A stretch of DNA of 64,000 bases, taken from a virus. A program made the position numbers and the translations under genes. The notes beneath the pieces are model-generated. The model did not search any database. It saw nothing but the letters and a program-made list of their open reading frames with translations, and was not told the origin of the DNA. This document shows positions 30,212-40,839 of this stretch, in pieces; positions within the stretch are counted from its first letter, which is position 1, and every line of letters starts with the position of its first letter. The stretch is taken from the IMG/VR virus record IMGVR_UViG_3300035670_000018, positions 64,001-128,000 of that record, one strand, 5' to 3'.

Positions 30212-31139
30212 TAGTAAAATCTATGTTGCAGGACATAAAGGTCTTGTTGGCTCTGCACTCATTCGTCAGTTGCAGAAGCAGGGTTATATGAATATCCAAG
30301 TGAGTGATAATTTAGACCTTAGAAATCAGAGAGATGTTAACACATGGTTTAACAATCATAAGCCTGAGTATGTGTTTCTTGCTGCTGCTAAGGTCGGTGG
30401 TATCGGCTTTAACAAAACATATCCAGCAGACTTCATTCGTGATAATCTACTCATTCAAACGAATGTCATTGATGCTGCTAACTGGTACGGAACAAGAAAG
30501 CTAATGTTTTTAGGTACAGCCTGTATCTATCCTAAACATGCACCTGTGCCGATCAAAGAAGAATACTTGATGACTGGTCCGCTAGAAGAGACTAACATTG
30601 GTTATGCTCTAGCGAAGATTGCCGGTCTTACCATGTGCCAGAAGTACACTGAGCAGTATAGTATGAAAACTGTTTCCGTCATGCCAAATAATCTCTATGG
30701 CATTTTCGATAATTTCAGACTGAATGAATGTCATGTTATTCCTGCATTCATCAATCGATTTATCCACGCGAAAGAAAAGGGTTTGTCGCAAGTGGTGTGC
30801 TTTGGTGACGGTACGCCTACGCGCGAGTTTCTTTTTGCCGATGATTTGGCTGACGGACTAATTTTTCTAATGAACAATTACGATGACCCAAAGCCAATCA
30901 ACATTGGACCAAATCGTGAAGTGTCAATTCGTTATCTGTCTGAGTTGATTGCATCGCTTGTTGGTTATACAGGCGATATCATCTGGGATACCGCACAACC
31001 AAATGGCACACCAAGACGCGCTCTAGATACTAGCAAGATGGATGCACTTGGTTGGAAAGCCAAGACTTCACTTGAAGATGGTTTGAAGGTTACGATTGAT
31101 TGGTTCTTAGAGAATAGGAAAACATATGACCGAGTATAA
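30201..31139 (+). CDS. fcl: GDP-L-fucose synthase / ColC-type epimerase-reductase
   Basis: [25 protein letters not shown]. Confidence 0.92.
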   Translation: MDSNSKIYVAGHKGLVGSALIRQLQKQGYMNIQVSDNLDLRNQRDVNTWFNNHKPEYVFLAAAKVGGIGFNKTYPADFIRDNLLIQTNVIDAANWYGTRKLMFLGTACIYPKHAPVPIKEEYLMTGPLEETNIGYALAKIAGLTMCQKYTEQYSMKTVSVMPNNLYGIFDNFRLNECHVIPAFINRFIHAKEKGLSQVVCFGDGTPTREFLFADDLADGLIFLMNNYDDPKPINIGPNREVSIRYLSELIASLVGYTGDIIWDTAQPNGTPRRALDTSKMDALGWKAKTSLEDGLKVTIDWFLENRKTYDRV

Positions 31140-32280
31140 TTGGCCATTGATGAAAGACACACTGACTTGGAGTGATCGCTTCAAGTTGGCCAAATTTGTA
31201 ATGACTGCTGGTCGTTTCACTCAAGGCAAGAAAGTTGAAGAGTTTGAAGAGGCTTGGTCTAATTGGCTAGGTGTAGAACATTCGTTGTTTGTCACATCTG
31301 GTAGTACTGCAAATTTCTTGTTGCTTGATGCAGTCAAGGAAATGTACTTTAAGAAAAAGAAGAAGATCAAGGTGCTAGTGCCCGCTTGCACATGGGTGAC
31401 TAACGTCAATCCGGTGTTTCAGCTTGGTATGGAACCAATCTTCTGTGATATCAATCTGTACGACTACAGCTTTGACCTTGTAGAAGCTGAAAAGATTTCA
31501 AAGAAACATGAAATTGATATTGTGTTCACAACACATCTTCTTGGTTTACCTGCTTCTGTTAGCTTGTTGAGAAGCATGTTTTTTAAAGCTGTTATGATTG
31601 AGGATGTATGTGAAAGTCATGGCGCAGAGAATGTCTCTGGTAAAGTTGGATCAAAGTATGATGGTTCAACATTCAGCTTCTACTTTGGTCATCATATGTC
31701 TACCGTTGAAGGTGGTATGGTCAGCACAAACAATAGTCAACTCTATACAATGATGAAGATGAAGCGTTCTCATGGTATGTCCAGAGTGATTGATGATCCA
31801 CAAGTATTCAACGATCTGTTTCCTGACATTGATCCGCAGTTTCTATTTGTGACTGCCGGGTATAACTTCCGAAACACTGAATTAGGTGCTGTACTTGGTC
31901 TTTCACAGTTGAAGAGACTGGATCAATTCATTGATATAAGAAGAAAGAATTTTGACCGATATCATAAGATCATTCGTGACAGAAATGATATCTTTCACAT
32001 TCCTTTCCCTGATACCGGCAACAGTTCTTTCTGTTTTCCATTCGTCGCAAAAGACAAGAAGATAAAGAATGATTTGATCCATGAGTTGATCATGAATGGC
32101 ATTGAGTATCGTCCAGTTGTGGGTGGTAATCTGCTTCGTCAACCATACCTCTCAAAGTATAATACAATATCATGCCCTAATGCTGACATTGTACATGAGA
32201 ATGGTATATACATAGGCAATAACCAGTTTGTCGGTAAAAAAGAACTGGATCTACTTGAACAGATAATTGGAGATTTGTAA
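31126..32280 (+). CDS. DegT-fold PLP enzyme, ColD-like 3-dehydratase
   Basis: SGSTAN, EDVCESHG, SFYFGHHMSTVEGG with His at the usual Schiff-base Lys. Confidence 0.8.
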   Translation: MTEYNWPLMKDTLTWSDRFKLAKFVMTAGRFTQGKKVEEFEEAWSNWLGVEHSLFVTSGSTANFLLLDAVKEMYFKKKKKIKVLVPACTWVTNVNPVFQLGMEPIFCDINLYDYSFDLVEAEKISKKHEIDIVFTTHLLGLPASVSLLRSMFFKAVMIEDVCESHGAENVSGKVGSKYDGSTFSFYFGHHMSTVEGGMVSTNNSQLYTMMKMKRSHGMSRVIDDPQVFNDLFPDIDPQFLFVTAGYNFRNTELGAVLGLSQLKRLDQFIDIRRKNFDRYHKIIRDRNDIFHIPFPDTGNSSFCFPFVAKDKKIKNDLIHELIMNGIEYRPVVGGNLLRQPYLSKYNTISCPNADIVHENGIYIGNNQFVGKKELDLLEQIIGDL

Positions 32281-32639
32281 TGAGCAATAAGATTGTTGCA
32301 GAGATGTTGGATGCAATCATTCGTGAACATGTCAAGGAAATTCTTGATAGAAGAATTGCGTTTGGTATTGAACCGCCAGATTATGCTGCATCTGATAACA
32401 TCGGCGAAATTCTAGAGAAGCTGGCCATTCTTCACATTCGGACATGGCACCTTGAAGATGCGATGCAAGCTGTTAAGTCTGATGAAGAACTGGCTGAACT
32501 CAAGCGCAAGGTTGATATCTGTTTCAAGATCAAGCGGCCAAAGTTAGTTGCTGCATTGAATGCTATCATTGATGATGCCATTATAAATGCAAAGTCTCTG
32601 CGTGAAGATTCTGTAAAACTGTATAAGGGCATCAAGTGA
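32280..32639 (+). CDS. hypothetical helical protein (DUF4254-like)
   Basis: IGEILEKLAILHIRTWHLED. Confidence 0.55.
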   Translation: MSNKIVAEMLDAIIREHVKEILDRRIAFGIEPPDYAASDNIGEILEKLAILHIRTWHLEDAMQAVKSDEELAELKRKVDICFKIKRPKLVAALNAIIDDAIINAKSLREDSVKLYKGIK

Positions 32640-33505
32640 CAAAGCTATGTTTCTTCAACTTCTATCATAACGGTGATCTATTTCATAGTAAGCCATTTGT
32701 TCGTGAAGTCATAAAGTATCTAGGCAAAGAGAAAGTTCTATATGCACACAATAAAGATCCTCGTGCAATTGAGGACTTAGGTTTGCAGCATGTCAGACTT
32801 GAAGGCCTATCTGATAAAGTAAAGGTCTTTCGTCCAAAAGATCCAGATATTCTCTTCGTAAATACATGGATTGGTTCTTACTTTGACAAGTATACAGGTG
32901 AATGCACACTCAATTTCAACATGAAAATGTGGGCAGATATCTACGAGGATATCAATACTGTCTTTGGTAAGAAGATGAAGCTTGGACCAGTTGAGAACTA
33001 TCTGCCTTACGTTGACTACACAAAGTATGATTTAGCCAATGTCAAAATGTATATTGATAATGAATCAAAACGCAAGATCATGTTCTGTAATGGCCCTGCA
33101 TTATCAGGCCAGTGTGAATACAATGGTAATATGGATTACATAATTAATCCATTAGCAGAAAGAAATCCAGATAAGATTTTCATAACAACACATAAGATTT
33201 CTACAGGTCTAGAAAATGTGGTGTATACAGGTGATATCATCAAGTCTGATAGATGTGACCTGAACGAGATTTCATACTTGTCAAAGTATTGTGATCTTTT
33301 TGTTGGTAGAAACTCAGGTCCTTTCTGTTATGTGTCAACAGGTGAGAACCTAAATGATACAAGAAAGACCTTCTATGCATTTGGTCATCAAGAATCAGAT
33401 TGTTTCTCATTAGGCATTCCAAAGAAGTCAAACTACATATTTGAGAAGTATGAGAATCAAATTCAACTTTTTCACTCAATAGAAGAACTTGTAACCAAGC
33501 TATGA
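32636..33505 (+). CDS. glycosyltransferase-like hypothetical protein
   Basis: HNGD, FVGRNSGP (GT-B-like). Confidence 0.55.
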   Translation: MTKLCFFNFYHNGDLFHSKPFVREVIKYLGKEKVLYAHNKDPRAIEDLGLQHVRLEGLSDKVKVFRPKDPDILFVNTWIGSYFDKYTGECTLNFNMKMWADIYEDINTVFGKKMKLGPVENYLPYVDYTKYDLANVKMYIDNESKRKIMFCNGPALSGQCEYNGNMDYIINPLAERNPDKIFITTHKISTGLENVVYTGDIIKSDRCDLNEISYLSKYCDLFVGRNSGPFCYVSTGENLNDTRKTFYAFGHQESDCFSLGIPKKSNYIFEKYENQIQLFHSIEELVTKL

Positions 33506-33687
33506 CAAATTCAATTTGTAGAAAGGTATGTGAATATGAAGACGATCAAAGAATATGCAGAGGCTGCGGCCGCACGGCTGAAGAAATCACAGAATGGTTC
33601 TACGCCAACAAAGAACGAAAAATTGAAATTGCCAAAGCAGCAAGGGCGCGTACAAAAGCCAAACGTGAGGCCAACAGGCAGGGGTAG
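33502..33687 (+). CDS. DUF1289-like Cys protein
   Basis: CRKVC..CRGCGRTAEEITEW. Confidence 0.75.
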   Translation: MTNSICRKVCEYEDDQRICRGCGRTAEEITEWFYANKERKIEIAKAARARTKAKREANRQG

Positions 33688-33690
33688 ATA

Positions 33691-34389
33691 ATGTCAGAAG
33701 TAAAAACATTGGCACTTTTTCCTGTGCCAGTATCAATTGTAAATTTTGGAGAAGAAGCAAAGGAATTAAACGAGAGTTTGATTGCGGACGCTTTTTCTGA
33801 ACAGAATATGGTGCCAAAAACAGCAGGTCGTTCTGCTGTCAATGGATGGCAATCAGAAGGATATATGGATGAGAAGTATGAGAGTTTTGCTCTATTGAGA
33901 GGAAACATCAAGACGATTATATACAATCTTCTTCCTAAGTATGGCTTTGAGACTGATTTTCCATATGATGATATCTTTGATTGTGGTATGCTCTGGGCAA
34001 ACATATTGACAAAACACTCTGCATATCACATGCCACACATTCATGGTACAGGTGAGACTTTGTTTTCTGGTGTGTATTATCCATCATCAGGACTGACACC
34101 ACAATACGAAGATTACTTCACTGACGAAGACTACAGCGATGTGGAAATAAGAGCGTCTTCTGTTCCTGAATCTGGTGATCTTGTTTTGTTTGATCCAGCG
34201 GCTGTTGAAAAACGTCAAGTTATACCAGCTTTCGTTAAGAGATATCCATACTACGGTTCAGAGATTTGCATAAAGCCTAAGAAGTCGCATCTGATTATCT
34301 TTCCTAACTACATGACACACATGGTTGCACCTATAACCATGGACAATTTTTACAGACTTAGCGTCTCATTCAGCTTCAGAAAGAAATGA
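33691..34389 (+). CDS. 2OG-Fe(II) oxygenase
   Basis: WANI..HIH, SGVYY, IFPNYMTHMV, RLSVSF. Confidence 0.85.
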   Translation: MSEVKTLALFPVPVSIVNFGEEAKELNESLIADAFSEQNMVPKTAGRSAVNGWQSEGYMDEKYESFALLRGNIKTIIYNLLPKYGFETDFPYDDIFDCGMLWANILTKHSAYHMPHIHGTGETLFSGVYYPSSGLTPQYEDYFTDEDYSDVEIRASSVPESGDLVLFDPAAVEKRQVIPAFVKRYPYYGSEICIKPKKSHLIIFPNYMTHMVAPITMDNFYRLSVSFSFRKK

Positions 34390-36077
34390 CATTCACTCTT
34401 GTAACAGGACTATGGGACATTAAACGTGGCAATCTAACAGAGTTCGGACGTTCTTTTGATCACTATCTTGAAAACTTTGATAAGCTTCTGTCATTAGACT
34501 TCAACATGGCCATATATGTGCCTGCTGAATTGAAGCAGTATGTCCTAAAACGTAGAACACATAGAAATACAAGAGTATATGTCCAGGAACTATCTGATTT
34601 TGAAAGATCATTTGAGTTCTACAAAGAAGTTCAGTGTATCAGAATAAAAGAAGACTGGTATAAGAAAGCAGCTTGGTTAGAGAACTCACCTCAAGCAAAG
34701 CTGCCTCATTACAATCCAATTGTAATGTCCAAGTTCTTCATGTTGAATGATGTTGCAATATTCAATCCTTTTGACACCCAATATCATTTTTGGATTGATG
34801 CTGGTCTGACTAATACTGTTGATGTAAATCTCCTCAACAATCTAAGCCATATCAAGAACTACATGAAGAGTGTGAATGATAAGTTTCTTTTCTTATCTTT
34901 TCCATATGAGAACAGCAACGAAGTTCATGGCTTTGACAGCCAAGCTTTCGCTGAGTTCTGCAATGTAGATAAGACTGAATATGTTTGCAGAGGTGGATTC
35001 TTTGGTGGCACAAAAGAAAAAATCCACAGAATGAATGGTATATACTACGGGCTTCTCAAAGATACTCTTGATAAAGGTCTGATGGGTACCGAAGAGAACA
35101 TTCACACTATCATGACATATAACTATTCCAGTTCTATAGACAGATTTGAGTTGGATGAAAATGGACTCGTATATCCTTTCTTTGATAATCTAGGAAAGAT
35201 CAAGTCGGATATAGTTACGCACAATTCAGATTTGATTGCTTGGGAAAAGAACAAGCCGATTGAAGAAATCAAAACGTCATTGTATGTTCTAACATTCAAT
35301 AGTCCGAGACAATTTGAGGCTCTTGTTAAGTCATATGAAAAGAATGATCAAGACTTTCTGAATAGGACTAGAAAGATTCTTATTGATAATTCCACAGACA
35401 GAAAAACATACAAGGTCTACAATCAGTTGTGTAAGCAGTATGGTTTTGAGCATATCAAGAAAGAGAATAACATAGGCATATGTGGCGCAAGACAATTCGT
35501 GGCTGAACATTTCAATGAGAGTGATTCTGAATACTATGTGTTTCTAGAAGACGATATGACATTGAATGATGAAACGAGTGAACTTTGCGTATCTGGATAC
35601 AGGAAGCACGTTGACAATCTGTTCATAAAATCGCTTGCAATTGTTCATAAAAACAAGTATGATTATTTAAAGCTGTCCTTCTCTGAATTTTATGGAACGA
35701 ACAAGACACAATGGGCATGGTATAATGTTCCTCAAGATGTGAGAACAGAATACTTTCCAGATAGACCTAATTTGCCTGAGACAGGATTAGATCCTAATCC
35801 ACCACAAACAATCATTCTGCAAGAGAAGAGATATAAGGACTTGAAGTATTTTGAAGGTGAGTTTCACTATTGCAACTGGCCTCTGTTCTTTTCCAGAACA
35901 GGAAACAGAAAAGTTTTTCTTGACACGAAATGGAATAATCCGTATGAACAGACATGGATGAGCAACGTATTCCAGCTTCAGAAGATTGGAAAGATAAAGT
36001 GTGCTACTCTAGCCTTGAGTCCTATCTTCCATCATAGATTTGAATTTTATGATGACGACGAAAGAAAAGAGTCTTGA
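34386..36077 (+). CDS. HtrL/WlaTC-family glycosyltransferase fused to a GT2-like domain
   Basis: TLVTGLWDI, WIDAG, GGFFGG, GTEE; second domain FLEDD. Confidence 0.75.
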   Translation: MTFTLVTGLWDIKRGNLTEFGRSFDHYLENFDKLLSLDFNMAIYVPAELKQYVLKRRTHRNTRVYVQELSDFERSFEFYKEVQCIRIKEDWYKKAAWLENSPQAKLPHYNPIVMSKFFMLNDVAIFNPFDTQYHFWIDAGLTNTVDVNLLNNLSHIKNYMKSVNDKFLFLSFPYENSNEVHGFDSQAFAEFCNVDKTEYVCRGGFFGGTKEKIHRMNGIYYGLLKDTLDKGLMGTEENIHTIMTYNYSSSIDRFELDENGLVYPFFDNLGKIKSDIVTHNSDLIAWEKNKPIEEIKTSLYVLTFNSPRQFEALVKSYEKNDQDFLNRTRKILIDNSTDRKTYKVYNQLCKQYGFEHIKKENNIGICGARQFVAEHFNESDSEYYVFLEDDMTLNDETSELCVSGYRKHVDNLFIKSLAIVHKNKYDYLKLSFSEFYGTNKTQWAWYNVPQDVRTEYFPDRPNLPETGLDPNPPQTIILQEKRYKDLKYFEGEFHYCNWPLFFSRTGNRKVFLDTKWNNPYEQTWMSNVFQLQKIGKIKCATLALSPIFHHRFEFYDDDERKES

Positions 36078-36133
36078 CATTCTGTTGGAATAGTGTATTA
36101 TATACAGACTGACACAGACACATAGAGGAAGTT

Positions 36134-36364
36134 ATGACAAAGACCAAGTATTTTACCGAAACAGTTGAGATTGATGTTAGTCTTGATGATTGGGAAGATC
36201 AGGAACTCATTGAGGAACTTGAGGCTCGCGGCTACAAGGTTGAAGAGGAAGAAAATCTGGTTGAAGCCTTCCACTATTGGTCTCGCGGTCAGAAAAAGGA
36301 AGCACTCATTCTTCTTGAACGAGAATTTAAGTGGCTTCGTGGAATTTCTGATTTAGCAAACTAA
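36134..36364 (+). CDS. hypothetical protein
   Basis: GAGG SD; TTGACA promoter at 36074. Confidence 0.65.
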   Translation: MTKTKYFTETVEIDVSLDDWEDQELIEELEARGYKVEEEENLVEAFHYWSRGQKKEALILLEREFKWLRGISDLAN

Positions 36365-36374
36365 ATACAAACAG

Positions 36375-36448
36375 GCGGAGTTGGCATATTGGTTGTGTTC
36401 CAGCCTTCCAAGCTGGCTAAACGAGTTCGATTCTCGTACTCCGCTCCA
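36375..36448 (+). tRNA. tRNA-Gly(TCC)
   Basis: Cloverleaf, CCAGC-CTTCCAA-GCTGG, TTCGA, CCA. Confidence 0.95.
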
Positions 36449-36470
36449 ATTTAAATAATGAGGTATAAAC

Positions 36471-36710
36471 ATGATTTGGTTTATCGTTTTGAATATTGTA
36501 ATGAACAATGGTGATGTTTATACCGATGTTCATTATCCTAATGCTCCCCAATACAACAATGAACAGGAATGCAATGCCGCTGGCCGCGCTCTTGTAGACG
36601 CAAAGCAGATTGAGGTCGGCACAAACTCAGGTCGCACTTTCTATGCTTGCATGGCAATCACTCCTGAGCAGATTCGGGCAGCAACAGGAAAGTCCGGCAG
36701 CAACTCATGA
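36471..36710 (+). CDS. hypothetical protein
   Basis: GAGG SD, hydrophobic N-terminus, two Cys. Confidence 0.6.
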   Translation: MIWFIVLNIVMNNGDVYTDVHYPNAPQYNNEQECNAAGRALVDAKQIEVGTNSGRTFYACMAITPEQIRAATGKSGSNS

Positions 36711-37402
36711 ACTACGTGTTTGATGTTGACGGAACTCTAACACCATCAAGAGGCAGAATAGATCCTGAGTTTGGTATTTTCTTTGCAACATTCTGTAAAA
36801 ACAATCCTGTTTATTTGGTAACAGGATCAGACTATGAAAAGACTGAAGAGCAACTTGGCGCACTCGTCTGCTTAGTTGAAGGTGTCTATAGCTGTTCCGG
36901 CAACATGCTGACACGATATGGTGTTGAAGTATATCGTAAAGAGTTCAAGTTACCCGAAGCTGTGCGTATGACATTGAATCATGAATATATGAAGTCTGGA
37001 TTTAGTGTAAGAACTGGTAATCACATTGAATACAGACCGGGCACAGTGAACTTCTCTGTTGTCGGCCGAAATGCTAGTAAGTGGGAACGGCAGGCATACA
37101 TTGATTGGGACATTGCCACTAATGAACGCGCCGAAATCTGTAAGCGAATGAGCAATCTGTTTCCGGACATTGAGTTTGTTGTTGGCGGTGAGACAGGTAT
37201 TGATATCTATCCAAAGGGATGTGATAAGTCTCAGATTGTAAAAGATGTATGCCCCTTCACATTCTTTGGTGATAGATGTGAAGTTGGTGGCAATGATCAC
37301 ACAATCTATCTTGAAGCTGATCAAGCACATTGGGTAAAAAGCTGGCAAGATACATATGACATACTACGAAGACTAAATGAAAAAGAAGATCAAGCACTAT
37401 AA
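36707..37402 (+). CDS. HAD-family (eukaryote-type) phosphomannomutase
   Basis: FDVDGTLT, VTGSD, NFSVVGRNA, FFGD..GGND. Confidence 0.85.
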   Translation: MNYVFDVDGTLTPSRGRIDPEFGIFFATFCKNNPVYLVTGSDYEKTEEQLGALVCLVEGVYSCSGNMLTRYGVEVYRKEFKLPEAVRMTLNHEYMKSGFSVRTGNHIEYRPGTVNFSVVGRNASKWERQAYIDWDIATNERAEICKRMSNLFPDIEFVVGGETGIDIYPKGCDKSQIVKDVCPFTFFGDRCEVGGNDHTIYLEADQAHWVKSWQDTYDILRRLNEKEDQAL

Positions 37403-38132
37403 ATCAATTTTCATATCTGATGTTCATCTTGGTAGCGAAGGTTGCCAAGCTGAGATTGTTAATTCATTCTTGAAGAATCATTCTTGCGACAATCTATTTC
37501 TTGTTGGTGATATCATAGATGGATGGAAGCTTAGTAAGCGCATTTATTGGCCAAAAGAACATTCTCTTGTTATCCGTCAAGTTATTAACAAGCAGAAGCA
37601 TGGTTCTAATGTTGTCTATCTAACAGGCAACCATGATGAGTTTCTGAGAGATTGGTCTGATATTTCCATTGACATTGAGTCTATTGAAATCAAAGACACA
37701 CATGATTATTATGCTATCAACGGTAAGAGATATCTAGTTGTTCATGGTGATTTGTTTGACGGTGTGCATAAAGTTGCAAAGTGGTTAAGCTATCTTGGTG
37801 ATAATGCTTATGCTATTCTTCTCAAGCTTAACAAGTTTTACAATCGTATTCGGCACTTACTTGGCTTCGGTTATTGGAGTTTGTCTGCATATCTTAAAGC
37901 CAATGTGAAAGGTGCAGTTAACTTCATATTTGATTTTGAAAACACTTTGTCTGATTACTGTAAGTCTCAAGGTTATGATGGTGTTATATGTGGGCATATA
38001 CATACTGCTGTGATTAAAGAAATCAACGGCGTTGAATATATGAACAGTGGTGATTGGGTTGAAAGCTGCACCGCTCTCGTAGAACACATAGACGGCACTT
38101 GGGAGATAGTTAATTGGACTTCAAAAGAATAG
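37377..38132 (+). CDS. metallophosphoesterase (UDP-2,3-diacylglucosamine hydrolase family)
   Basis: SDVHLG, GDIID, GNHD, HGD, GHIH, NSGDW. Confidence 0.85.
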   Translation: MKKKIKHYKSIFISDVHLGSEGCQAEIVNSFLKNHSCDNLFLVGDIIDGWKLSKRIYWPKEHSLVIRQVINKQKHGSNVVYLTGNHDEFLRDWSDISIDIESIEIKDTHDYYAINGKRYLVVHGDLFDGVHKVAKWLSYLGDNAYAILLKLNKFYNRIRHLLGFGYWSLSAYLKANVKGAVNFIFDFENTLSDYCKSQGYDGVICGHIHTAVIKEINGVEYMNSGDWVESCTALVEHIDGTWEIVNWTSKE

Positions 38133-39118
38133 TCATAGTAACTGACGCATGGGAACCACAAGTTAGCGGTGTTGTTACAACACTCAAGAAGATGGTAGAG
38201 TTTGCTGAAAAAGATGGATACGATATCGTTGTTGTTCATCCTGGCTTGTTTAAGAGAAAATTTTACTCTAAGCTTTATCCTGAAATACCATTTGCAGTAC
38301 CTTTCGGTATCTCAAAATATCTCGAATATAAGACAGATACAGTTTATCATATCGCAACAGAAGGACCGTTAGGTCTGGCTGCTGCATTCATTCTAACATT
38401 CAAGAATAGAAGATATACAACATCTTATCATACCGACTGGTCAAAGTTTATGAAAGATGTTGCTGGTATTCCTGAATGGATTACCAGGACATATCTCAAA
38501 TGGTTTCACAGAAAACGCAAAGTATTTTGCCCAACTGAAACTGTTAAGCAGTATATGATTGATAATGAAATTGGTCGCAGACAAATTGTTTGGCCTAGAG
38601 GAGTTGATCCTGAAATTTTTGTCGCAAGAATAAAAGCACATTTAAGAGGAACAAAAACAATACTCTCTGTTGGTCGCGTATCAAAAGAAAAAAATCTAGA
38701 TGCTTTTTGTCAGTTGTCAAACAAGTATAAAAAGATTGTGGTTGGTGATGGACCATATAAAGAAGAACTGAAAAGAAAATATCCTGATGTGATCTTTGTA
38801 GGATACAAGTTTGGAGCAGAACTAGCAGAGTATTACAGACAAGCTGATTGTTTTGTTTTTACCAGCAAAGCTGATACATTCGGTGTTGTAATGATTGAAT
38901 CGATGTATTGTGGAACGCCTGTTGCTGCTTATCCAGTTCAAGGTCCAATTGATGTTGTGGATAACAAGTACACAGGAATACTTGATGATAATATAGAAAC
39001 TGCGATTGAAAAGTGTTTGACATTATCACGAAAAAAGTGTAGTATAGTGGCAAGAGATAGCTGGTCGTGGAATGTTGTTTGGAACATCTTCGTTAATAAC
39101 TTGGAGAAAGATAAGTGA
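38114..39118 (+). CDS. GT4 glycosyltransferase
   Basis: TDAWEPQVSGVV, GRVSKEKN, DTFGVVMIE. Confidence 0.9.
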   Translation: MDFKRIVIVTDAWEPQVSGVVTTLKKMVEFAEKDGYDIVVVHPGLFKRKFYSKLYPEIPFAVPFGISKYLEYKTDTVYHIATEGPLGLAAAFILTFKNRRYTTSYHTDWSKFMKDVAGIPEWITRTYLKWFHRKRKVFCPTETVKQYMIDNEIGRRQIVWPRGVDPEIFVARIKAHLRGTKTILSVGRVSKEKNLDAFCQLSNKYKKIVVGDGPYKEELKRKYPDVIFVGYKFGAELAEYYRQADCFVFTSKADTFGVVMIESMYCGTPVAAYPVQGPIDVVDNKYTGILDDNIETAIEKCLTLSRKKCSIVARDSWSWNVVWNIFVNNLEKDK

Positions 39119-39852
39119 AAGTATATATCGGACCATACGTAGATAGTCGCTACGTTGTTTCTTTTCATTACAAGTATATGAACAAGAAGTATAAGTGGGA
39201 ATGGGAAAAGAGCAATACTCGCTTTGAGCGAACGCTTGAGAAGCTTGAAGATTGGACTCAGGTTGTTCTGGACGCGACAATCAACAAGCTGATCAAGGAT
39301 CGTAAGCGCAAGTTTGATGTTCAGATTGACGATTATGATACCTGGTCTATGGATCATACACTCGCATACATCATTCTTCCTATGCTGAAACAGCTTAAGG
39401 CTACCAAGCACGGCAGCCCTTACATTGATAAGGAAGACCTGCCAGAGCATCTTCGTCTTTCTGAAAGAGAAGAAGCTGTTTTCAATCACGGCTATTATGA
39501 TAAGAGTCTAAATGCATCCGAAGAAGAACTTGAAGCAGCAAGCGAGAAGTTTCATTCACAGTGGGTTTGGGTTCTTGATCATATGATCTGGAGCTTTGAA
39601 CAGGAACTTGATGAGGACGAAGGTGATCATAACTTCTATGAACCCTATGCTCCTGATGAAGTTATCAAGCCACGCATGATCAGTGTCGTTAATAAAGATG
39701 GCACCACACTTGAAAAAGAATGGCCGAACTGGTCTGAAGATCGTGAGCGTGAGCGCGGCAAGTTCAGCAAAGAAAAGTATGAGGCTTATCACAAGCGCAA
39801 GCAGCTTGGCTTTACTCTCTTCGGCAAATACTATCAGAGTTTGTGGGACTGA
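39115..39852 (+). CDS. conserved phage hypothetical protein
   Basis: DTWSMDHTLA..HGSP..LFGKYYQSLWD. Confidence 0.65.
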   Translation: MKVYIGPYVDSRYVVSFHYKYMNKKYKWEWEKSNTRFERTLEKLEDWTQVVLDATINKLIKDRKRKFDVQIDDYDTWSMDHTLAYIILPMLKQLKATKHGSPYIDKEDLPEHLRLSEREEAVFNHGYYDKSLNASEEELEAASEKFHSQWVWVLDHMIWSFEQELDEDEGDHNFYEPYAPDEVIKPRMISVVNKDGTTLEKEWPNWSEDRERERGKFSKEKYEAYHKRKQLGFTLFGKYYQSLWD

Positions 39853-39855
39853 CAA

Positions 39856-40532
39856 ATGAAATGTGAAACATGTAAGACCGAATACAAACCGATGCAAGGT
39901 CTTGAAGATACAGATCAAGCATCTGGTTGTGCTGCAACTCTGTATCTACATGGTGGTGTGCATTATATTCTTGCTCATTATGGTTCGCGGTTTGACATGC
40001 AACGATATGCTCTTAAACGCGGATCATTCTATGATACAGGCAACATATGTGACAACTGCATAAATAACCTTATCAATGAAGGCAAAGCAGGTCTCATTGA
40101 AGATGGAGTTTGGTAAACAACAGAAGGAATAGAACATGGCATATCAGACTATTTCCGAAGAAATCCTAAAGCAAGCAGCAGAGATTATGGGACCAGACAG
40201 CAACTTTCACACAGCATTAAAATGGGGAGAAGAGTATAGACAAGCAGGGATGAACCCTGTATACTATACAGACGATACCGAGAAAATGGTATTCGTAACA
40301 ACAGAAGAAAAGATGAGCGGCGTTAAGTTTAACTAATTTGGAGATTGTAATGAATATTCTTGAAACACAGTGGAAGCAGCGGGCCTTTGATAGTAAGTGG
40401 GAAAAGCTTGCTAAGGTTATGGACTACGATAACAAGTATGTCTATAAGTCCGAGTCGGGTGGCAATCTGACTTACATTCCCACAAAGTGGGTCACTGTTG
40501 GTGTGTTTGACTATGTGGGGGAACTTGAATGA
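39856..40532 (+). CDS. three small hypothetical ORFs (39856-40116, 40136-40336, ~40350-40532)
   Basis: Closely spaced ORFs with SD sequences. Confidence 0.55.
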
Positions 40533-40828
40533 ATATTAAGATTATCAAGCTAATCAATGGTGAAGACCTGATTGCAAAGGTTCTTCCTTCATCTAGTGAA
40601 GTGGTAAAGGTAGAAAATCCTGTTCGCATTGTTGTGATGCCAAACAAGATTGATCCAAAGACACCAAATGTTGGTCTTGCTCCTTGGGCAGAGTTCAGTG
40701 ATGAGAAGGTCTTTCATCTTGACAAATCACATGTATTGTGTATAATGACGCCTGTAAAAGAGTTTGTCAATCAATACAATACCATCTTTGGTGGACTCGT
40801 ATTACCTAACTCTGGATTGGTTACTTAA
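40529..40828 (+). CDS. Sm-fold conserved phage protein
   Basis: IKLINGEDLIA..NP..YNTIFGG; contains TTGACA-16-TATAAT (40719-40746) upstream of gp43. Confidence 0.65.
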   Translation: MNIKIIKLINGEDLIAKVLPSSSEVVKVENPVRIVVMPNKIDPKTPNVGLAPWAEFSDEKVFHLDKSHVLCIMTPVKEFVNQYNTIFGGLVLPNSGLVT

Positions 40829-40839
40829 CAAGGAATATA

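Noticed and set aside
33691-34389. 2OG oxygenase as the TET/JBP partner of the DNA glycosyltransferase
   Set aside because: The motif pattern (HxH, common T4-like phage oxygenase type) is not TET/JBP-like and the gene is distant from that locus.
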